Assembly: GCA_964106645.2 (NCBI GenBank) | Contig: OZ067038.1 | Reading direction: 5' to 3' (one strand) | DNA length: 64,000 nucleotides | Source: Podarcis pityusensis | Taxonomy: Eukaryota | In this document: positions 54,057 through 64,000 of the stretch, in pieces | How positions within the stretch are numbered: the first letter of the stretch is position 1 | Layout of the letters: each line of letters starts with the position of its first letter | The notes under the pieces: generated by a model | The model's database searches: none | What the model was told of the DNA's origin: nothing | Seen by the model: the letters and a program-made list of their open reading frames with translations, nothing else | Translations under genes and position numbers: made by a program

Positions 54057-56691
54057 CTATGTATTTCTACACATATACTTGCTTTGGTCCATTTGCTTTC
54101 TTCCCCCCGCCCTAACTGCTTCCAACTTTAATAACACTAAACTGCATGAGTGTTTTTATTACTAGATGGTTTTAAATAATGTGTTTTTAATACACTGTCG
54201 AAGGAGATTCCTGGAAATAATTATAGGCAAGTATTTTGATTAAGCTTCCATTTGATGGGTAGCATTTCAGGATTCCATCATTAATCTGTGATGAAAAGAC
54301 AAATGTCCACATTGTTTTATATACCTATTATATTAAGCCTTACACTCATTCATTTAGACACCAGGGGAGATAGGGAGCCATATCTATGCTGTTCTTTCTT
54401 AATGTTGAGACAAAAGGCGAGGCATTATTGGCACTATCTAGCCTTACCTGTTCTGTGGGTAGCATCTGGGATTAACAGTTGAGCCACCTATAGGAAAATA
54501 CTGTGGGCATGTATTTGCTTAAGATACATTTTGGACCCATTAATGAAAGTATACCCCTTTTGTTACTGGACAGTGGAACAAGTTACCCAAACAAGTTATA
54601 AGTCTCTGTACTTGCAAGTTTTTAGGGAAAATAGCAAGATTCTTAGTAGAGTGAACTTACCAGTACTTTAATATCAATACTTTAGGGATGTCAGATAGTG
54701 GCGGCATAATACAGCCTTTTCCCTCTGCAATTCGCATGTATAATATAATACATTTAATTACAGCACCAGAAGAGAACAATTTATATTGAGAATGTTCAAG
54801 TGCTGCCAACTTGAAGTGGCTAAAAGAGGCCTGTTGAGTTTGAAAGCTTGCATAGTCCTTTCAGTGGTGGAGAAAGCAGGTTGTTTCTGCTCCAGAATTC
54901 TGTGCAAGCCCAAAATCATAGGATTTCTAGAGACCAGCGAATGGTGCTTCAGTGCCCTTTCTAGTTCTGTGATTTGTCGATACAAAAAATATGCAAAATG
55001 AGAAAGTAAAGTTAATGCACATTCAGTTAATTTTCATAATGTTTTAGAATTCAGCTTACCTTGGCATAAAAAATTGATTATTATTACTTTAAACACCACA
55101 AATCCCTGAACACAAAAAAAAAAGGTAAATGTTGTCATTTTGGTTTATCTTCTCTGGAGCCAAAAGCATAGTGTTGAATGTGAGCATCAGCATTGTAGGA
55201 AACTGCTTCGGTGTCCTCTCAGTTTTGATATGGAAGCTCCCTGCCTTCCGATGGGATAGCCTGGCAGGGGTTTTTAAAAGCTATTTACTTATTTATTATA
55301 AATATTTTTATTCTGCTTCATCCCTAAATCTGCCCAAGATAGCTATATCAAGATGCTCAGAATGCTCAACTCTCTGCCAAAGTAAAGGAATTCTTAGAAT
55401 GGTTTTGAAATATACTAAGACTTTCACTACAAGAACTCAGCAAGGAAGCTGCTGGGAAAAAATGTCTCCATGCTGTAGATGTCCTGGGTTGGCAAGTAGA
55501 TGGTTTCATCCATCTTGGGGGATTGTGATGAGGCACGTAGAACTTCTCATATATGTTGGGCCAGAGCAGCCTTCTCTAACCAGCTGCTCTCAAAATGCTT
55601 TAGACTACAGCTCCCATAAGCCCAGAGCCAGCATTGTCCAGGGGCAAGGAACTTCAGGCCTGGGGGTGAAATGCAGGATTCTCCTGAAGGCACACGCCCC
55701 TCCTCAAGCACAGCCTCTTTCCCAAGGCCAGACCACTTCTCTGGCCTTGCTTCACACACCCCCCCCCCTGAGAGTTTTTGCTTGACTGGAAAGTGGTGTT
55801 GGATTCTGATAATGACTTGTTGGCGTGGCTGCAAGACAGAGGGGAAGGTGTTAAGTGGATGTAGAAACTAAGCCTACTGTACAAAGGTAAAATTGTTCTA
55901 CCTAGTTTTGACTGTCCCTGCCCACTGCTGGCATGTCGCCTACAGAAGGAAACACAGCCCTTGGGATGAAATCAGTTTCCCTCCCCTGTTTTTGTCCAAA
56001 TCAAACTGGAGGACACCAGTTTGGAGAAGGCTGCACTAGAGGGTTGGTTTTGTTTTTGTTTTTGCTAGTTCCAGTGAAGTGTAAAAGGAAAATAGAAAAA
56101 GGGTTTCAAAGTTTTAACAAGCAATGGCTCAGCTTTTTAAAAAAATGAAATTATGTTGCTACCCTCTGAAGATCTGAAAAATAATTTAGTTGATATTGTT
56201 GCAGTTCAAGTGAAAGATACAAGGGACAGTTTTGTAGCCTCTTAGGACTGTTGAGCAGTACAACTCTGGACTTCAGGCTTTATTTCTCTTCCTGCTGCCC
56301 CCAGTCTGCTCTTTTATTTAGGCCCTCTGCCCTCATGTAACTTTGAGGCTGAATTGGCAGGTTGGGATGAGTCTGTAGACTACTCAAACCCAATTCTACC
56401 TTTGGCGTTAATTCCTAAAAGTATACATCAGTTATTCTATTTTTAAAAATCTAGTACAATATATGTAATAATGAGAACTCTTGTAAGATTAAGGGAAGTT
56501 CATGTTTCTTCCAAAACCTAAGAATGTGAGACGATCACAGCAGAGATACAGTTTCATATGAGAACACTTTGATAGCTTTGAACATTTGGATATGTATGGA
56601 ATAGATGTCAACAGTAGACCTGTGGCTTCACACTTTCTTCAGGGGCAAGTTAGTTTTGGTGAGAAGTGATTCCTTGTAGCACCTCAAAACA

Positions 56692-56790
56692 GAGGTGGAA
56701 GAATAACTACAACCAAAATGGAAAACATTGATCATTTGAGGTGGAAGAATGTTATTCTACAAGCAAAATGGAAACCATTGATCCATCGAG
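56692..56790. repeat. Imperfect tandem duplication of about 46-50 bp
   Basis: GAGGTGGAAGAAT…CTACAA.CAAAATGGAAA.CATTGATC occurs twice. Confidence 0.8.
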
Positions 56791-57194
56791 ACAAATGGGG
56801 TTAGATTTTTACCTCATTTAGTTTTATAGGATGGCCTTAGAGAAGGTTTGGATAGGCACTTACTTGTTCGAAGAATAATTTTCCACTTTATGCATTCTAT
56901 CTCATACCAGACATTGATGTGCATAGATATGGATGTGCACCTAAATGGATATGGGCAAGTGTAGAGGGTAAAAAACCTCTTAGGCATTGCAAGTGTACAT
57001 TCACATCAAAACTCTCAGAAGAGAAATGACAGCAAGAGCACTTCAAAATCTTCATAGTGTGGAGATAAATTTGGACCAGTAACATTCTCTTAGACACAGA
57101 GTGAACTGTGCCTTTCCTAAAAGGCAAGCATCAAGAAGCTGAAGGAAACATCTTTGTTAACAATGTATTTTTCTTTCTTTCTAAATTTCGGTAG

Positions 57195-57350
<156 letters not shown>

Positions 57351-57358
57351 TAGAACAT

Positions 57359-57475
57359 CCTTCTGCAACCTGGTTCTCAAAATGCTTTGGATTATAAACT
57401 CCCATCAACCCCAGTCAGGGATGATGGGCACTATGGTCTGAAACATCTGGAGGGCACCAGATTGGGGATGACTGC
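57359..57475. mobile_element. Palindromic hAT-like MITE copy (approximate ends)
   Basis: AACTCCCATCA…GATGATGGG…AACATCTGGAGGG core shared with other copies. Confidence 0.65.
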
Positions 57476-58353
57476 TATGGGACCTATATATTTCTCAGTT
57501 TTGGATCCCAGATATCAAAGCAACATATATTTTTAAGTATGCAGTTGCAAGAGTCTATAGTCATGTTAAATTCATTCTGGTGTGACCTTCAGGTCCATGT
57601 AAGTAATGTTCCTTTAGTGATCTGTTTATTTATTTATTTATTATTATTTTTTAAAAAAAACCCAAATAGCATTGTATAATGCTGGGGCTAAGAAACTAAA
57701 CACTAATAGGGGAAAGAAACTGATGACTTAGGTTATAGGAAAGAGTGCATTAACTGATAATTAGAAGTTGCTCCTGACATGTGAGTGGAATAGTGGCCTG
57801 CAGGTGGTGGCAGCAGGCATGGGCAAAACAAAAATGTTAAATTAACTCCAATGCTACTGCAGAAATTGTCAAAGGAAACCTATAATCACCCCAATTGTAG
57901 TAGTAGTAATATCACCACAAAATGAACTTAACTCAAAAGCCACAAGAGCTAGGAATATATGCAGCCCTGGGAAGACTATCCTCAGAATTCGTCCTTCACC
58001 AAAAATCAGCAGAAATAAACTCAGAAGCATGATGTAGAAATACTCATTAGCCCTGTTGAAAATTAAAAGCTGGATTGCGTGCTTATCTTACTTGAGGTTT
58101 CAGATCCTTAAATATGCTTGTTAGTGTAAAGTCTAGAGATGCAAAGTGTGAAAACACACACAAACATACAAGTCTGTTAAACTAGATTTCTGCCAGTTGC
58201 TGAACCTTGCTGGCAAATAAAATTACAATCATGAAAGGCAAGATAATTGTAGGACTAAAACCACAAATAACAAAAAAATCAAACCCTTGTCCCTGTTAAA
58301 TGTCAGCACTGATGGGTTTCTAATCTTAGCACAGTTCCCGCTTTCTTTTTTGA

Positions 58354-58644
<291 letters not shown>

Positions 58645-59222
58645 TAGGTACATGCTCTATGGCTGCTGACACTTTCAAGTGGCCCATGTATCCCATCCTG
58701 GTATTCAGTGGACTTTCTCATCACAGCCTGTGGTCCACAGAGATAACCATTCATGAATGGTATAGCTCTTGCAAGTTGACAGCATGCTCTTGTCATCCAC
58801 TATAGAACATGGATGCAAAACGATTATTATGGGTGTCCCAGGTTGCTGTTGCTCAGGATCCACTCACCCCTGCATCAACACAGAAATCTTGGGGCATCAA
58901 GGTCCCTGAAGGCAGTGGAAATCCTTCCACTTGATCATCTCAGGAAGGGGCCACTCCTTGCATTGAAATGTTTTGATAGAGGCAGAAGAGCCCCAGTAGG
59001 CTGTGCTTTCTTTCTGCTGTTCCTGTTCATGTTTCCTTGCTGATATTCTCAGATCCCAAAACTTCAACTCCATACATCTTTCACCACTGGTCCCAGAGGC
59101 AGTAGGAAGTACACTACTTTGGCAGGATTGCACATCTTCATATCATATTGCACATCTTCGTATCAGAGAGCTGGCTTTTTAGCTGGGGACAGGGAGGTAG
59201 CAACTAGAAAACAGACCTCTTG

Positions 59223-59470
59223 CATCATCATCATCGTCATTTTTTATTTGTATGCCGCCTTTCCACAGTTAAAAAACAATGCTCAAGGCAGCTTACAGCA
59301 TAACAAGATTTACATAATTACAAAAGTCATAAACAAGAAATAAAGCACATCAAAAAAATACACACCCAAATGGGAAACAATTTCCACATAAATCTAAAAC
59401 TAAGAATACAGCATTAATTTCAGTTTAAAATGACATAGGTAAAAAATAACAGCAATTTAAACAAAAACAA
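59223..59470 (-). mobile_element. LINE/SINE 3' end (L2-type tail)
   Basis: TTTATTTGTATGCCGCCTTTCC…GCTCAAGGCAGCTTACA followed by A-rich sequence. Confidence 0.5.
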
Positions 59471-60114
59471 AACAAAATGGAGCCCTCTCTGCCCAGCAGC
59501 GGCAGCAGCAGCAGCAGTCCTTTACAGAGCGCATCAGGCCCCGCCCTGGGCCAGGTGGTGAGTGGCAGGACTGGGGCCCTCAGGCGCTGAGCAGGGGAGC
59601 ATTGCTGCCATTGGTAGGTGGCAGATCAGTCCAGCAGCAACTGTCCAGGTCAACTGCTCTCCCCAGATGTTGCTTAGTTAGCTTAAGCCTTGCCTCTAGT
59701 TCCTACTGTCCCTGGTTCTGGTGCTGTCTGCCTATCAGTTTGCCATGCTCTGCAGCCCATCCATGCCCAGGACTGCTGGTGCTTCAGAGCCTTAGCCCTC
59801 CTCAATGGATTAGTGGCAGGCTTCTGCAGACACTTGTTTTCTAAATTGCTTGTGGACCTTCCAGTGGTTTGCATGGTTTTTCTGTTAAAATGCCATTGTG
59901 CTCTAGTGTAATGGCAAGCAGTTGCCATTCTGTCAAAATTATTTGCCCACTTGGAACTTCCTTTTCACATCTCCTTCTGGCGTGATGCTGACCTTCAGCT
60001 AGCACAGGCCATTCGCCAGCCAGCTTGGGGAAACTATCTGAGGACGTTTCAGAATATTTCCCTTCCTCTGAACTTGCTCATCCTTCCTTGACCGTGTTTG
60101 TGCTTCTGCTTTGA

Positions 60115-60357
<243 letters not shown>

Positions 60358-61379
60358 TAAGATGATGATCCATGCCAAGGTAGCCTAAATTCTCATCTTT
60401 ATTAGTAAATTAGCATGCTCTTCATACTTTTTTGGGGGGGTAGGTAGAAGGGAGAATTGATGATGAATAGATCTCTGGGCAGCTCTGAATTTTAGTTGTT
60501 TCTCAATTGCAATGAATAAAGCTTAGAAGAGAAACCAGAAATGCTTATGTGTGCGAGAGAGGTAGAACCTGCAAGCTGGAAATCTGCCTACCCCTGCTTT
60601 AGTTAACGCCAAAGAGCAATACTTCTCACCAGAAGCAGCTTGCTGAGTGGGGGCACAGCCACTGTGTTAGCTTCCCTGCAGGGGAATCATTATCGCTTAC
60701 CAGGAGGAGGAAGAGGGAAAGGACTGAGGCAGCCAGGAAGTAGGTGTGGTGCAGATGCAACAGCAGGGCTAACCTGGTGTTTCTGTCAGTGAGTTTGCAC
60801 TGCATCAACCTTCCTGCCACCTTGGCCCTCTCCTTCCTGGTAGACAATAGCAACCCATCTGCCAGGAAGCTAGTACAGCACCTCTGACCCACCTGGCAAA
60901 CCACTTCTCCCCACGTGGGTTACTGATATTGGGACTCCTGGAGATCTTGTTTGGCTGATCTCTAGGCTTTTAAGATCTACTTGGCGTTTCAAGCCTGTCT
61001 TTCTAGTCATTAGGGATCTGTTTTTATTTTTATTTTTAAAGAATTAAAGCTAAGATTCTCAGAGAGCTGTATTTTGTGTCCACTAGCACATACTGTGTTT
61101 CTGTTCTGTGCATGTGTTAAATTGTAGGGTTGCAGGCAGATGTTTTTTTAAAATAAACATCCTTGCAAAAATATGGAAGCTTACAATTCTCAGATAATTT
61201 ATGCAGTCCCAAAATTGCCTGTTCTTAATCCAAGGCTTTCCCCATGGGTCAAAATAAAGGCAGCCTGCAACAAATCTCTGTTAATGGTAAAATTTATTCA
61301 CGTTAACTTGAGGATTGGGCTTGATTAAATTGTTATTAATTATTATTACTTTCTATTTATTAAATTTCCTTGGGAGAGT

Positions 61380-62010
<631 letters not shown>

Positions 62011-62480
62011 TAGACACAAGGACTATAGGGAAGCACTCTTACTTGAAAGAAAACATTGACAAGGATGAAAGCACAAAAAGAGGGGTGTAGGCTGGTGAGG
62101 GGAGAAAGGGACCTCTTCACTATGACACCTAACAAAATGCAATAGGGGTTTAAACAACTGATGTGCATAGATTTCATTGATCCATATTTGAATACCTGCA
62201 TCTATATGTTCATTTTGCCTGCAAGCTCAAGGCTTACCTGAGCCGATAAGAGTCGTCATCCGTGTGCAGAGGCTATATGCCTCCGAAGATGAGTTGCTAG
62301 GTCAAGGTAGGGCGGGGGGGGGGCGGAGAAACAAGTGTGGGAGACCACTTTTAGAATCAGGATACTGAACTAGATGGACCTTTGATCTGATCCAGCCAGG
62401 GTTCTATTCTTCATCATTGTAACAGCATTACCAGGTTATTCAGTTTCAACATGTTTGGGTTTTTTTTTAAAAAAGAATAG

Positions 62481-62699
<219 letters not shown>

Positions 62700-62809
62700 T
62701 GAGGGCAGCATGGGGTGGCAGTTTCACTCAGTGAAGCTGACATCGCGGTCTGCTCCTCATACCAGTCCTGGGCGATATATTGATATATCGCCTAGGCCTG
62801 CTCCCAGCA

Positions 62810-63125
62810 CCAATCTGCCCAGGTTTTGACATTAGCAGAGGGGGTCCTTCTTGTTGTTCCCATGGTGAGTGTTGTTTTCTGCATGAGGATGCAAGATATG
62901 GCCTTCTTGGTAGTGGTGCCAGGCTTATGATGGACCTGCTTTGTTTTATGCCTGGCACCACTACCAAGAAGGCCTAGTTTTAGATTTTGTGATGTTCTAG
63001 TTTTAGATTTTATGATGTTTTACAATGGTTTATCCATTGCTTTTAAATGCTGTATCATAAATCAAATGATATTTTTTCATTGATTTTCCTGTTATTTTGA
63101 TGGTTGGGAACTGCTTTGAGATCAA
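62810..63125 (+). mobile_element. Old L2 3' fragment
   Basis: CCTTCTTGTTGTTCCC and GGCCTTCTTGGTAGTGGTGCC echo the L2 at 237-312; T-rich UTR follows. Confidence 0.5.
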
Positions 63126-63451
63126 TTCTTTAATTTTTTTTTTAAAAAGCTTGAAAAAAAATCTGTAACTTGAAACTGCTTCCTAACTGTGGTTTTGTGG
63201 ACTGCGGGAAAAGGGAAGGTATACTGTTTTAAATGTCAATAATGTTAAGTCCTCTGCTTGGATTGCTTTGAGAAGAAGGGTGGCATATAAATTAAATAAA
63301 TATAAACGTAAATCACAGCTTCTTTTAAAAAAAAGAAAACTAGGAAAAAGGACTGTGAGGAGTAACAAAAGAGGAAATGCCATGTTTGGTGGGTCATTAG
63401 GACAGGGAAAATTCAGAGTACCTAACTTCTTTATCTGGGTGGATTTCCTAG

Positions 63452-63748
<297 letters not shown>

Positions 63749-63855
63749 TAAACTGGTGGGAAAGACTGGATGGTTCCCTCTGCTTGTTAGATATACAAAC
63801 TGAAGCAAATGAAGTGAGGAGAAGAGAAAAGGAAACACAAAAATCAAAAGTAACA

Positions 63856-63995
63856 AAGAGTCTTACGGCATTTTAAAGACTAACAAATGTATTATGGCAA
63901 TAAGCTTTCAAGGGCCATAATATATGTGTTAGTTTTTAAGGTGCCACATGATTCTTTGATATTTTTGCTGCAGTAGCACAACTACGCCTCTGGAA
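63856..63995. mobile_element. Penelope-like element terminal remnant with inverted repeat
   Basis: AAGAGTCTTACGGCATTTTAAAGACTAACA (63856-63885) is inverted relative to TGTTAGTTTTTAAGGTGCCACATGATTCTT (63927-63956). Confidence 0.65.
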
Positions 63996-64000
63996 ATGGT

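Noticed and set aside
55129-55785. 218-aa ORF, the longest in the track
   Set aside because: Intronic, no recognisable domain, runs through repeat remnants

Overview
Vertebrate genomic DNA, squamate (lizard-like) judging from Sauria-SINE, CORE/L2-tailed SINE, CR1, L2 and Penelope remnants. The window lies inside one + strand gene, alpha-actinin-1 (ACTN1). Bases 1-35332 are the distal part of a large intron 1 (I could not find exon 1). Exons 2-14 follow (35333-63592), all with GT-AG boundaries. With one copy of exon 8 they splice into an uninterrupted 1530-nt (510-codon) frame covering the CH1-CH2 actin-binding domain, the neck and the first spectrin repeats. The main finding is a second, intact 86-nt copy of exon 8 (8b, 51179-51264, [29 protein letters not shown]) that the ORF track misses. 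It forms a mutually exclusive pair with 8a (49310-49395): including both or skipping both gives an early stop codon. It is flanked by a long AG-free pyrimidine tract, a CpG-rich patch and UGCAUG motifs, one of them inside a perfect hairpin. The rest is intronic transposon debris, microsatellites, hairpins and candidate enhancer motif clusters. Almost all ORF-track entries are spurious. Exon numbering, orthologue comparisons and repeat family names come from recalled knowledge, not from searches.
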